A stretch of DNA of 64,000 bases from Octopus sinensis (Eukaryota), in NCBI RefSeq assembly GCF_006345805.1, contig NC_043008.1:56978001-57042000 (forward strand), written 5' to 3'. Both the position numbers and the translations under genes were made by a program. Shown in pieces: positions 39,048-53,237 of this stretch. Positions within the stretch are counted from its first letter, which is position 1. The number at the start of each line of letters is the position of its first letter. Below the pieces are notes generated by a model, which was given only the letters and a program-made list of their open reading frames with translations, made no database searches and was not told the DNA's origin.

Positions 39048-39440
39048 TTTTTCTCTTTTACTTGTGTCAGTTATTTAACTGTGGCCATGCTGCAGCACCG
39101 CCTTTAGTCGAGTGAATCGACCCCACGACTTATTCTTTAGAAGCCTAGTAGTTATTCTATCGGTATCTGTTGCCGAACCGCTAAGTTACGGAGACGTAAA
39201 CACACCGCCATTGGTTGTCAAATGATGTTGGGAGACAAACATAGACACACAAACATATACACACATACATACATATATATATATATAATATATATATATA
39301 TACGACGGGCTTCTTTCCACTCCAAAGGCTTTGGTCGGCCCGAGGCTAGAGTAGAAGACAGTTTCCCAAGGTACCACGCAGTGGGAATGAACCCGGAACT
39401 ATGTGGTTGGTAAGCAAGCTACTTACCACACAGCTACCCC
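39048..39440 (-). mobile_element. SINE family B
   Basis: Head, core and tail match the family. Confidence 0.88.
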
Positions 39441-39542
39441 TACAACTATAATACATATATATTTATATATATTCATAGAGAGGGTGAGAGGGAGTGAAAG
39501 AGAGTGGTGTGTGCATGTATGCATGAGCATTGATATATACAT

Positions 39543-39586
<44 letters not shown>

Positions 39587-39765
39587 ATATATAATAATAA
39601 ATATTAGGGAATAAATCCAAATTTACAGGGAAAAAATCAGATTTAGGATAAATCGATTATAGTAAAATATTATAAATATTATTCGAGACAAAACCACTAT
39701 TTTGCAAAACAAACAAGGAAAGACTTAATTATACATAAAATTTTAATAAATAGTCAAAAAAACCG

Positions 39766-39808
39766 CCACTACAATCGTTTCTTGTCTTGATCGACAATCT
39801 TCAGGTGG
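39766..39808 (-). ncRNA. Type I hammerhead ribozyme (left arm)
   Basis: Reverse complement of 39886-39928. Confidence 0.85.
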
Positions 39809-39885
39809 ACTTCCAATAATTCAGTGTCAAATTATGAAGTGAAATTATTAATTTCACTTCATAATTGACACTGATTATTGGAAGT

Positions 39886-39928
39886 CCACCTGAAGATTGT
39901 CGATCAAGACAAGAAACGATTGTAGTGG
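39886..39928 (+). ncRNA. Type I hammerhead ribozyme (right arm)
   Basis: CCAC|CTGAAGA|TTGTC-GATCAA-GACAA|GAAA|C-GATT-G|TA|GTGG. Confidence 0.85.
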
Positions 39929-40013
39929 CGGTTTTTTTGACTATTTATTACAATTTTATGTTAATTAAGTCTTTCCTTGTTTGTTTTGCAAAATAGTGGT
40001 TTGTCTCGAATAA

Positions 40014-40050
<37 letters not shown>

Positions 40051-40344
40051 GAATATATATACTTATATTATACTTAAATACATATTTATATAGGGAGACC
40101 CGTATAACGTATAAATAATATTTTATGTAAGATTTGTATTATATATTTTATATACACACACACATACACATGTATGTATGTATGTATATTATGTACTATA
40201 TGTATGTATTATAGTAGAGGTTAATAATATATTTTCTTCTGGTCGAATCACTCTCTTACTATTCTGAGTTTCGCCTATGCGTACACAGGTTCTTGAGGCA
40301 AGTTATACACACGCACACACACATACAAACACACACGCAGAAAG

Positions 40345-40388
<44 letters not shown>

Positions 40389-40861
40389 TATATAGAGAGA
40401 GAGAGAGAGAGAGAGCTAGAGGAGTGAGATATGCATAAATACGTATACTATAAAAGAATTCAATTAACAACCAATGAAATAGTAAACAGTATTTAGATAT
40501 ATCAGATATAGGCTTACTCTCTCCACAAATGTGTTATCAGCGAGATAAACTCCTGTATTGATATCCATTCGTGTATTCCGTTCATCAGCAGGACCGTGAA
40601 AGACATATGTGTATTGATTAAATTCGCTTATATATTCATTCGCTACTTATTAACCAAAACAGCTCTCTATTGGAATCAAAGTAGAAATGTCATAAGTCAT
40701 GACAGAAGATTAAATGAGATTAAAATTTCTGGGGAAAAATTTTGTTTCCGGTAATTAAATTTGAATCATGCAATTTGTCGCACTCCCATTAATATTTGAA
40801 AAATATACCGATAATGTCTCAATGAGGCCTCAACAGATTACAAAAGAACCCAGCGAGGTTA

Positions 40862-42125
40862 TCAGGTCATCCCATAAGTTCTGTCCGATTTACCTTTTTT
40901 TAAATTGAATGGAATTTAATAGTATTTTAGAATGTCTAATGGAATTAAAGATTATTTTTATGCATTTGTGTAGATTTAAACTAATTAAGTATTATTTTAC
41001 AGAGTAATAGAATTAAAATTTCTATTTTTGATTACAACTCTTTCTAACACGGAAGTATCCAAAGGGCATTTAAGGCACATAATGCTTTATGAGTACCAAA
41101 AAGGAAACTCTGCAGCCGGTGCGAATTGAAACATACACTCAGTTTATGGGAAAGGATGCTTGAATGAAAGATATTCTGCAAAATTCAAAAGTGAAGATTT
41201 CAGCCTTCAAGATGAACATTGAACAGGGTGTCCAGTTGAGTTTGATGAGGCATTACTTGAAGAAAATCCTGCATTATCAGTTGAAGAATTGGCAATAAAG
41301 CTTCGTTCAAACCATACAACTGTTCATCGTCATCTTCAACAACCCGGTAAGTTTCCTGAACTTGGAGAATGAGTGCCTCATGAATTATCCGAAAGCAGCC
41401 GCGAATCCCGAGTTGACATTTTCTCTTCTCTCCATTCTCGCGAATTTATTTCACTCTTTTTGGATAGACTTCTGACTGGTGACGAATAATGGATCTTGTA
41501 TCGAAATGTTAAACGTCGTAAACAGTGGCTTGGTAAAAGGGAAAAAGCTCAACAACAACCGAGAAGGGAACTTCATAGGAAAAAGGTTCTCTCTATCTGG
41601 TGAGATTGCAAGGGAGTAATACACTTTGAATTGTTATCACCTAATGCAACAATGAATGTTCAAGTCTACTGTCAGCAATTAGAGCGTTTCAACCAAGCTT
41701 TGAATAAAAAAAAGACTCGCTTTAGTGAATCGAAAAGGAGTGATGTTTCATCAGGACGATGCGCGATCCCACACTGCAAAGATCATATCACAGAAGATCG
41801 AAGAACTTGGTTGGGAAAAAATTCCTCATCCACCTTATTCTCCCGACCTTGCTCCTTCAGTCTACCGTTTGTTTCGTAGTTTACAGAATCATTTGGGAGA
41901 CATAACTTTCGCTAGCCAGGAGGAGGTCGAAACTGACATTTCAGAGTTCTTTGCTTTGAAACCATAAGAGTTTTACATTCATGGGATTAAAAAGCTTTTA
42001 AATAGATGAAAGAAAGTCATAGATTATCAGTGAAGTATATTGATGATTAAATTCAAATTCAATATAACATTTAATCACTTGTTTTCTTTATTCAAAATTC
42101 GGACAGAACTTATGGGATTGCCTGA
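40862..42125 (+). mobile_element. Full-span mariner (DD34D-type) transposon with TIRs and TA TSD; transposase pseudogenised
   Basis: TA+TCAGGTCATCCCATAAGTTCTGTCCGA ... TCGGACAGAACTTATGGGATTGCCTGA+TA. Translation includes KGHLRHIMLYEY, LTGDE*WILY, HQDDARSHT and PHPPYSPDLAPS. The start is mutated to ACG and there are several stops and frameshifts. Confidence 0.93.
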
Positions 42126-42159
42126 TATAATACTAGCTGGCTAGATAGCCTGGGAACTT

Positions 42160-42515
42160 GGGAACTTGGGCATGTATCTTCGACGATAGCCTCGGGCCGA
42201 CGAAAAGCCTGCGAGTGGATTTGGCAGACGGAGTCTTAAAAAGCCCGTCGTATAATATATATGTATGTATGTATATATACACATATATGAAGTATATATA
42301 TATATTATGTATATGTATATATTTGTGTGTGTGTGTTGTCCCCCACTATCGCTTGACGAACGATGTTGGTGCGTTTACCTCCTCGTAACTTAGCGGTTCG
42401 GAAAAGTTGACGAGAGTATAAGTATTAGGCTTATAAAGAATAATTCCTGGGGTATTTGTTCGACTAAATGTGGTGCTCCAGCATAGCCGCAGTCAAGTGA
42501 CTGAAGCAAGTTAAT
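42160..42515 (+). mobile_element. SINE family B, 5'-truncated
   Basis: cttgggcatgtatcttcgacgatagcctcgggccgac...gtgctccagcatagccgcagtcaagtgactgaagcaag. Confidence 0.85.
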
Positions 42516-42876
42516 GAATACATTCGTACATAGACGCATTCGGTGATTGCAATTCGAAAAGCAACATTATTCAAATTGGAATAGCATTGTTCGAAAAGCG
42601 TTATTCGGATGTTGCCACTATTAAAATTGATAGTTTGCTTCAAACTTTAAGAGTGGTGATAACTTGAATAAAGTTGTATGGATACGTATATAACCTGAAT
42701 TAAATCCGAATATAGATGAACAAACAGGATGCAAATGAAATAACGACATAACCATGCACTGGAAACATATGTCGGACAGAGAATTAAATATGGTGTATGA
42801 ATAACTAATGATAAAATTTCTGTAGACAAAATTTATTATTTATTTCAAATGTCTTGCATATATAATATATATATAT

Positions 42877-42944
42877 AATTCTGATTTAAAGATTCGGATG
42901 ATCCGATTATCTTTTTTACCTGGCGCCATTATACTTTGAGTATC

Positions 42945-42975
<31 letters not shown>

Positions 42976-42977
42976 AT

Positions 42978-43023
<46 letters not shown>

Positions 43024-43526
43024 TATTTACATATAACATAATATATATATATATATAATATATATATACATATGTATGTATATAATATATATATACATAT
43101 ATATATAAACTATATACACACATAATATACATATACATATATAAATACATACATATATAACATATATATAAACATATATACACATACATATATATGTATA
43201 TATATACATATATAGATACATACATACATACATATATAAATACATACATACATATATATAACATATATAGATACATACATATACATACATATATATATAC
43301 ATATATAGATACATACATACATATATACATATATAGATACATAATACATACATACTCATACATACATATATGCATATATAGATACATACACCATATATAT
43401 ATAATACATACATATATATAGATACATAGATACATATTATAGATACATACTACATATATATAGATACGTAGATACATATATATGGATAGATACATACAGA
43501 CATACATATATATATAGATATATATA

Positions 43527-43559
<33 letters not shown>

Positions 43560-43572
43560 TACATACATATAT

Positions 43573-43632
<60 letters not shown>

Positions 43633-43725
43633 CTATATATATATATATCTATATATATATATATACTCAAAGTGTATGGCGCCAGTAAAAAATAATCGGA
43701 TCATCCGAATCTTAAAATCAGAATT
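42877..43725. repeat. About 65-bp inverted repeat pair enclosing a ~720-bp (TA)/(CATA) microsatellite
   Basis: 42877-42942 is the reverse complement of 43664-43725 at about 90% identity. Confidence 0.85.
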
Positions 43726-45243
43726 CAGTACTGCTTCCAGGTGATTTGACTTAAATGCCACTAGTTATCCGATGAAACCCGTTAAAATTAATTATATTAT
43801 CAATTTAGAGTTATTCGTTGAAAATTACAATTTTCAACTGCGTTGCTATGGAAACGTAAATTATTTCCTTTTCAGTGAGCAGTTTAAGTTTATCTCATTT
43901 CTTGGTTATTTTGTTGTTGCTTTTTTTTTTGTTCTCATTTATAGTCACACCAGTTAGTTATTCTTCAATGCATTTTTCCCCTTTTGCATTATCCAAGTCT
44001 TCTGGGGTTTTTTTTTACCTTTTTGTTTTTCCTTTGCTTTGCTATATTTTCTCCTACTTTTTATTTTACGATTATACCAGTTCCTCATTTATTAAATATC
44101 TTTTTTATTCCTGTCGTTCTCAATGACGACGTTGTTTGTCCATTTTCCTGTGCTTTACATTTCCCCCTACCCTCCTCTACTCCTGTTCTACTTCTTCCAA
44201 ATTGTCCTCTGCTTCATATTCTCATGACTATCATTATTATTGACAATTGCAAATGGAAGAAAGTATTACTGAAGCGTGGTTTGTTAAAAACGCATCTAGA
44301 CTACCCGCTCTTAATAGAACTACAGTGTATAGCTTTTTTGATACTTAACAATAGATTCAGCAAGAGACATTTTCCTTATCAAAATAGATTTATTTCCGGT
44401 TGGTTATCGATATCATTTACATTTCAGTATAGAATAACGTGCATCAAATCATTATTCCAAACATATACTGTGTGAAGCGCCATGATCGATCGTTTTTTTT
44501 TCTTCTCATGTTGTTTTCTTGTTTAACTCTTTCCATATTATGAGTTTTCTAACCAAATTAAAAATTGACGGTCCTGCTATTATGATGTGCTTGACTGTAT
44601 TTTTCAAAATTTTTTGAGTGAGAGGGAATGGTCATGGCCTGTTAAAGGACCCTTCAGATTAGTTCTAGGAAGATATTCTGAGGCAACCGTAAGTCTGGTT
44701 CAAATGCTCGCAAGAGAGTCAGTACACAAAGGACAACACTTTCAATAAAAAAAAAAAATAGATATATTTCATTTGCAGTGATTTTAGCATCGCTAGTTTT
44801 CCATAGATTCTATTCCTTCTGTTTATCCCAATCAAACTTGTATACACATATGCATTAACTAGAGAAACAGCAATTGCAGTCATAGCCGGAATTGTTAAAT
44901 ATCATCTCATTAGCCAAATTCCGATCTGGTATTAATTTGCGTCAAGAGATGAATCGATCTCAGGAAATTACCTCAATGCTAAAACTGGCTGGTTAATGCG
45001 GCTCAGATAATTCTGAGAGATTACTGTCTGGAGATAACTACAAATTAGAGGAAATTGAAGGGAGGAGCTACCTGTTTTATCTAGCGCTTGTTTTATGCAT
45101 TGGTGTGAACTAAAAACTTTTGTTTCCTACCCACATGGTGTTGTATCTAGAACCACTGCGTGGCGCATACGACAGGTAACCTCTAACATAGCCCAATCTC
45201 AACAAAAAGCTTATCAATGGATTTGGTAGATAAAAATGAAAAA

Positions 45244-45308
<65 letters not shown>

Positions 45309-45311
<3 letters not shown>

Positions 45312-45726
45312 TATATATAAGATTTTTTTGTGTAATGCGATACAAAAAATGAAGGCAGTGTAGATATTACAACATTTGTAGATAGGTCTTACAGCTGTTT
45401 CCAGGATATTTATTAAGTATATCCCTTCATCAGAGACGGTGTGAGAGATGGTTAAGTAATTTAGATAAGATGCAAAATAGAGAGTGAGGTGGAGGAAAAA
45501 ATAGATATCCCTACATATCTCACATCTATTTTTTTCCTCCACCTCACTCTCTATTTTGTATCCTATCTAAATTAATTATTACTTAACCATCCTTTCACAC
45601 CGTATTCGGTGAAGGGATATAATTAATAAATATCCTAGAAACAGCTGTAAGACCTATCTCTAAATGTTCTAATATCTACACTGCTTTGGTTTTATATCTC
45701 ATTACGCAAAAAATTCTTATATACAC
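45309..45726. mobile_element. Older palindromic hammerhead-bearing pLTR insertion (about 200-bp arms, 17-bp spacer)
   Basis: 45309-45506 versus 45524-45726 are inverted and visibly diverged. The left-arm hammerhead is intact; the right-arm core is decayed (cggtga). Confidence 0.8.
45386..45437 (-). ncRNA. Type I hammerhead ribozyme
   Basis: GTCT|CTGATGA|AGGGATAT-ACTTAATAA-ATATCCTG|GAAA|CAGCTG|TA|AGAC, with palindromic stem III ACAGCTGT. Confidence 0.82.
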
Positions 45727-46189
45727 AAGGTGATATATGACCAACGTTGAACCCCTTATTCGCCAAATTACCGAACCTGGAACTTCACTATGGTCTGTTT
45801 ATAGCACTTATTCAGCATTACCTGACACCTTTGGGTCTCAATGACACCAATACCTCTCATATATATATATATATACTTCTAATATAGGATAAATCTTTTT
45901 GCAATAGAGATTTCATCAAAGTAGCCAGCATATTAAAATACCTTTAACGATGAAAATTATAAGCAATTATAAAGAAGGGCAATGATTTCTATGCAAATAT
46001 GCTGAGAATAGACTTTAAATTGTCAATCACTACATACAATATACATTCGCTATGAATACACGTCGTGCTGAAATCGAGGAAGGCAAGATAACAGAATTTT
46101 TCTATTCGTTTGTGCACTCATGACTCTTGCTTCTGCTTTTTTTTTCATTTCATTTTTTCTTATCGTATTCTCTACTGAAGTGGAAAACA

Positions 46190-46560
46190 TCCGTGGGATT
46201 AATCCCGAAATTGATTCAATAACGAAATTTTTTTTAAATTCTCTTAGCTTGCCTTCATCGATTTCGGTACGACGTATATTCCTACAAGGAACGCGTCCAT
46301 GAAGACCGCACTTGTTCAAACTCTAGTGAACTGTTTGAGCGGATACAATCTTTCCAGTAACATTTCTTGTGCCAAAGAAGAAGCGTTACCACGCCTGTCA
46401 TCCATTATGCAACGTTGGATGTGGCGAATATGACGCGCATTTAAAAATGGAGGTGCAGCCTGGGCGATATTTATTGCCTAACTGTCCAGTAGATTTGAAC
46501 TTCTGAATTACTTTGGCAACTGTGTCACTCTAATATATATTCGTTTTCTAATCAACTTTT
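46190..46560 (-). mobile_element. Tc1-like transposase N-terminal (HTH) fragment
   Basis: DTVAKVIQKFKSTGQLGNKYRPG...RHIQRCIMDDRRGNASSLAQEM...NKCGLHGRVP resembles the Tc1/Tc3 DNA-binding region. Confidence 0.65.
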
Positions 46561-47043
46561 ATCCTAAACCATTGTTGTGCAAATTAAAAAGTAATTTTCT
46601 GGAAATCTTCAGAAAATTATATCTTTTGGTGCCATTTTAATCACAATGACGATTTTCACCACGGTACACAAATCGGAATTTCTGCAGATGCAATAACAAT
46701 GACCAGTGCAAAAATGCCAGGAGTAATAATTTATTAGAATTGAAATTATCAGCATTATCTGAATTTAGTAAAAAAAGAAAACATGGATTAAAGTTTGAAG
46801 ATAACAAATTTCCTTTAGGGTGTACATATTTTTGCAACGTTTCAAAATTAATATTTCTTTTATATCTTTGAACATGTCTATCGTTTTGTGATTCTAATTT
46901 GTATAATTTTTGCATGTGCAATGTATTTTATTCAGTATAAAAATTTCGATATTATCAGAGTAATGGCAATTTAATGAAATTTGTTAGCGGTGTATGTAGG
47001 TTTGTGTGTACTTACATCTGTGAGAACAGTGTATGTATGTATG

Positions 47044-47093
<50 letters not shown>

Positions 47094-47366
47094 ATATATA
47101 TATAGTATGTATGTATGTATGTATATATATGTATGCATGTATGTATGTATATGTTATTATATTATTATATTTATTACCATTATTATATTACATTAAGGGC
47201 TGTTACGCAATAATATATTTTTAAAAATTATAAACTAGTATTACATTTTACATTTATCGGTTTTACAAGCTGGCTACTTGCTAAAATCTGATATAGAGTT
47301 TATCCTTATATCTAATTTATATATAATATACAAGAAAGAATCGCCCGTGTCGAATTTATATATATA

Positions 47367-47422
<56 letters not shown>

Positions 47423-47474
47423 TATTGATATATATATATATATGTATATTATATCTGCATAGCATACATATACA

Positions 47475-47675
47475 TATATACATATGTAAACATGCTTGAT
47501 AACTGCGCTGGTTTGCTTAGTCCCCGTACTTAACTGTTCCACAAAAGAAGCTGATGACTTAAGTACCAAGCTTAGAAAAATGTAATTGCTGCATTCGCTT
47601 TCTTCGACCACACCCTACGATGCATTACCCAAGTATGGCAGTGATCTCATGAGTGAAACAAGTAAGAATTGAAGA
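47475..47675 (+). mobile_element. Degenerate SINE family B, 3' half
   Basis: cttgataactgcgctggtttgcttagtccccgtacttaac...gagtgaaacaagtaaga. Confidence 0.6.
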
Positions 47676-48010
47676 TAAAGATATTGTCCTCATGCACCTT
47701 CTTTCCCTTTCACACACACACATGCATTGCCACTCACTTATATACACGCACTGTCTCTCTTTCTTTCTCTATCACATGTTCACATTTTCATTGTTGAATT
47801 ATACTAGTTTACGAAACATTAACAAACATTAGATGCACCGAAATAATGACATATACACAATCATGCAAAACATATTTTCCTTTACTTACACCGCTTTTAA
47901 CAGGAAAAAGAACGGATTTCCATCGTATTCTGTTAAACGCAGTGAAGAGGAAGAATGGTGAGATAACGTATAGACAGAGACACAAAGTGGGCGACATGTA
48001 TGGAATGCGT

Positions 48011-48051
<41 letters not shown>

Positions 48052-48241
48052 TATATATATATGTGTGTGTGTGTATACATATATATATGTATATACTATA
48101 TGCTGTATGTATATACTATGTTATATATATATACATATGTGTGTGTATATATATATATATGCATATATATATATATGTATATATGTATATGTATATATGT
48201 ATATATGTATATGTATACATGTATATATGTATATATGTGTG

Positions 48242-48285
<44 letters not shown>

Positions 48286-48289
48286 ATCA

Positions 48290-48476
48290 TTTACTAGTTT
48301 CACTCATGAGAGGGAATCAATCCCCGGTACTCTTTCCCTTGAACCTGGTACTTATTAAAACGTTCACTTTTGTCGAGACGCTAGGTTACGTAAGCTCACC
48401 AACGTAAGCTCACCAACACCGGTTGTCAAGTGGTGATTTGAGACAGACAAAGGCAGGGGACACACACGCACACACG

Positions 48477-48512
<36 letters not shown>

Positions 48513-48795
48513 ATAATATATATATAATATCTATATATATAATATATTTACATATATACATACATATATAACTATATATACATACGCTAAAGAACCCGAG
48601 TGTGCGTGCGCGAGCGTATGTATATATAAATATACGATGGGCTTCCTTTTAGTTTCCCTATACCAAATGCACTCAGTAGGATTTGGTCGTCCCTAGGCTA
48701 TTATAGGAGACATTTGCCCAAGGTGCCACACAGTAGGACTGAACTTTGAACCATGAGTTTGAGAAGTAATTCTATAACCAAGCAGCTACGCCTGT
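48290..48795 (-). mobile_element. SINE family B with expanded internal microsatellite
   Basis: Head at about 48780 and core gacatttgcccaaggtgccac (as read on +). Confidence 0.8.
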
Positions 48796-49292
48796 ACGCG
48801 TGTGTGTATGAATGTATGTATGTATGTATATATGTTATGTAGAGAGAAGTGATAAAAATGTCTATGAGATAGGAATGATGAAATAGAATGTCACAGGTCG
48901 ATAAATAGATACAAAGACGTGTAGATATAATACAATTACATCACAGGATGTCTGGACATTCTATCAAAATATTTCCTCTTTCATCAGCATATATCTACGG
49001 TTTCCTGTATGATCAATAAATCGATACAAGTCCATCATATTTTAAGACTATGAATTTCTTTTTAAAATCGAAAGTTGGACTTGACTTGTATATAGTTTCT
49101 GCATTTCGGAGATTCAATTATATGTATGTTACGTTTTCTAATTACGTTTTCTAATAAGAATGTTCAAACAATACTTCAGCTTCTCTCGAAAATTTCTAAA
49201 TTATGACTTGAAAAACCATAAAATAAATAATAAAAGTGAAATTAGAAAATCATTCTACCAATATTTTATATAACGGTAGTAATTGGGCGAAA

Positions 49293-49498
49293 GGCGGAGA
49301 GCTGGCAGAAACGTCAGCACGCCGGGCGAAATGCGTAGCTGTATTTCGTCTGCCGTTACGTTCTGAGTTCAAATTCAGCCCAAGTCGACTTTGCCTTTCA
49401 TCCTTTCGGACCAGTTACGCACTGGGGTCGGTGTAATCGACTTAATCCGTTTGTCTGTCCTTGTTTGTCCTCCCTGTATTTGGCCCCTTGTGGGTAGT
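49293..49498 (+). mobile_element. SINE family A with an internal deletion
   Basis: Full head and tail; about 20 nt of the central domain are missing. Confidence 0.88.
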
Positions 49499-49797
49499 GA
49501 TTCGGCTCACGATCTTAAAGTCGTTAGTTCGATTTCAGGTGGCACGCTGTGATCTTGAGCAAGACAATATATTTCAAGTTGCTCAAAGCCACTCAGCTAG
49601 CAAAAATGAGTTGTACATGTATTTCAAGAGGGCCATCCATATCACATTCTGTGTCACGTTGAATCTCCCTGAGGACTATGTTAAGGGTAAACGTGTCAGT
49701 GGAGTGCTCAGCTACCTGCAAGTTCTTTTACGGGAAAGATGTTCCTTGATCGGATTAAATGAAACGCTCGTCGTCGTAACCGACAAGGTGCCGATTC
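49499..49797 (+). mobile_element. SINE sharing the family C 3' half but with a different (gtgatcttgagcaag) centre
   Basis: tgtgtcacgttgaatctccctgaggactatgttaagggtaaacgtg...ctcgtcgtcgtaaccgac matches 28185-28320. Confidence 0.75.
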
Positions 49798-49829
49798 ATT
49801 TATTCAATCTAACAACCAGGCCCATTCGG

Positions 49830-49887
<58 letters not shown>

Positions 49888-50018
49888 TATATACTTCGAA
49901 TATACTTGTTGCTTATTTTGATTATAATCACTCCATTGATTTATATGGATAATACCATACAAAATTCTGGTGCCTTTGACTTAAGTACCATATTCATCTG
50001 AATCTAAATTTTGCTGAA

Positions 50019-50194
<176 letters not shown>

Positions 50195-51428
50195 GTAGGA
50201 AAAGACAATAGAGATTGAGAAGTTGATAAGTGTTTACACAACACATGGATTAATGTCTTTTGGGTATGTAATTAATGTGTAAGATGGAAGATGAAAAAGA
50301 ATCTTTATTGATCTCTACAACCGATTCTACAACCATCTGGCACAGATCCTTCGAGGGTAGGATACATCACTATTCGTTTGGGTGTATCCCTCGGTGTTGA
50401 TGTGTCTCCTCAGTTGATTTCAAGAGGTAGGTCGTTAAGATAATCTCTGTTTTGCACAACTTATTACTGTGTTTTTCCTTCTTGGTCTTTGTACATAGAA
50501 ATAGCAAATGTAAGGAAACTGCGTCATTCTTATAGAAGATCAATAACAAAGAGCAGATACAAAAAGAGAAAGAAAATAAATACACAATACAGAAAATTAT
50601 TTCATGTAACCGTTAGTAGATATGGATATATAAACGCCCACACACATATGGTCTGGCGCACGTACACACACTCGTACAAAAGTACACGCTCATACAAATA
50701 CATATACACGCGTGGTCTGGCACTTGCACACCCCTGCAGCAGATTTAAGTATGTGGTAATATACACGTTGCCGATTAATGGCAAGTGATATGATACAGCT
50801 AGGGGAGGAGCCGCATATTCTGTGCTACGCTCCACTATGTCTGCTGGCCTACCTTTATAGCACATGTACACTCATAAATACGGGCATAAATATCGACATG
50901 CATTCATACGGACATAGATGGATATATTCACATAGTCTAGACTATATTGTTATATGTATACGTACTCACATACATAACTACACACTCCTGCGTATATATA
51001 TATATGCATACATACGTTAACATACGTCAACAGGCGCATCTTTGTAGGTTTATACACTCACACATACGCTTAAACTGACTTCGAATAGGCACATAGATAT
51101 ATATAACTGAGTGTGAATGCATAACCATATAAATGCAGATAGATGAATTGGACACACACACACACACAAAAGAATGTATAAGAAAAGATGCAAATACAAT
51201 TACACGATAATGAAACAAGAATATGACATAAGTCAGCATCACATCAATCTTCCCGTGTACATAGTGTTACTCTCTGATTATATATTCCCGCGAGGAGTCG
51301 ATGTTAGATGGGTCGAAATGATTGTAGTGATCAATAAAGATACTCGCATTTTCCACCTTCTGTCACTCTATATTTTTTCTCTCCTTGTTTTTTTCTCTCC
51401 TTTTTTTCCCTCCTTGTTTTTGTGTCCC

Positions 51429-51461
51429 TTTCTGTAGAAGAGCGTAGGCTCGAAACGTAAA
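51429..51461 (+). ncRNA. Candidate minimal hammerhead, non-canonical core (CUGUAGA)
   Basis: TTT|CTGTAGA|A|GAGC-GTAG-GCTC|GAAA|CG|TA|AA, following a pyrimidine-rich pLTR-like tract. A6 is replaced and stem I is weak. Confidence 0.4.
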
Positions 51462-51568
51462 TTTTTTTCTATTCCTGAGCGTTATACTAATACATCTGTT
51501 TCTTTTGTACAGCACTTTTCTTCGTCTTTTGTTTTTTTCTTAAACTCTCCCTATATATATAAATATAC

Positions 51569-51633
<65 letters not shown>

Positions 51634-52521
51634 TGGGTGTATGTGTATGTGCTTGTGTGCGTGTGTGTGGTGTGTATACTATTACACATATAATTATATA
51701 CATCTGATATATATATAAACGTACATATATGTCTATACATATATATATACATGTATATATATATACGCACACACACGCACCACACACACACAGACACACA
51801 CACAATATATATATATATATATATATGCATGTGTGTGTATGTACAGACGCATACACACACACACCAATATATATAGTTTTGGGAAGAATATTTTAAAGCA
51901 TTAGTACCTACAGGCATGTCACGTGCTTAAAATTCCATAGTTAATGGAGGATCAGTGCCAAACACGAAATCGATTTTACTAAACTCTGGCAGAGATCACA
52001 GATTTAGGTAGAAGCAAGGTTATTGATGTAGCCATTTGTTTCTCTATTAAGTATCCACCCACCTTCAGAGAAGATCTGAGATCGTATCGATTTCTCGGCT
52101 TTGAGACACACTTCTATATTTTTATCAAATTTTCACCTTTCTAACCAAAAGTATGATACGCTTAGCGTTTCAAATTTAAAACTTTTTTTTACTGATTCGG
52201 TCAGCAGACTGCTGATGTTGTGGTGCTATATGCAGGTATTTGTTTAGTTGATTATATCGAGACTATTTCTGATTTTTCGATTTTCTAGTTACTTTAGTAA
52301 ATGATCTTTGTTAAACAAGTAAATATCGCGTTATTCGCGAGTAATTAAAGTAAACTGAAGTCAATTTTACACTGCAAACAATCGCAAACACAAACACAGA
52401 TTCATCCATGCCTCCTTCCATTCATACAAATATACATACATAGATGTATACTTATGTGTGTATTCAGATATATTTATATGCATACATAAAGATATGCAGA
52501 TAAATAAATACATAGATGGAT

Positions 52522-53185
<664 letters not shown>

Positions 53186-53237
53186 AGTGTTCCGTCGTAG
53201 ATGCAGGCATAGGGTCAGGGGTTAGATTCCACACTGT

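Larger units (their letters stand above)
39596..40020. mobile_element. Palindromic hammerhead-bearing pLTR insertion in (TA)n
   Basis: Arms about 39675-39847 and 39851-40020 around a 3-nt loop (gaagtgaaatt-att-aatttcacttc), with one hammerhead per arm. Confidence 0.85.

Noticed and set aside
40540-40600. Minus-strand CTGATGA followed by acggaata
   Set aside because: No GAAA or stem III downstream.
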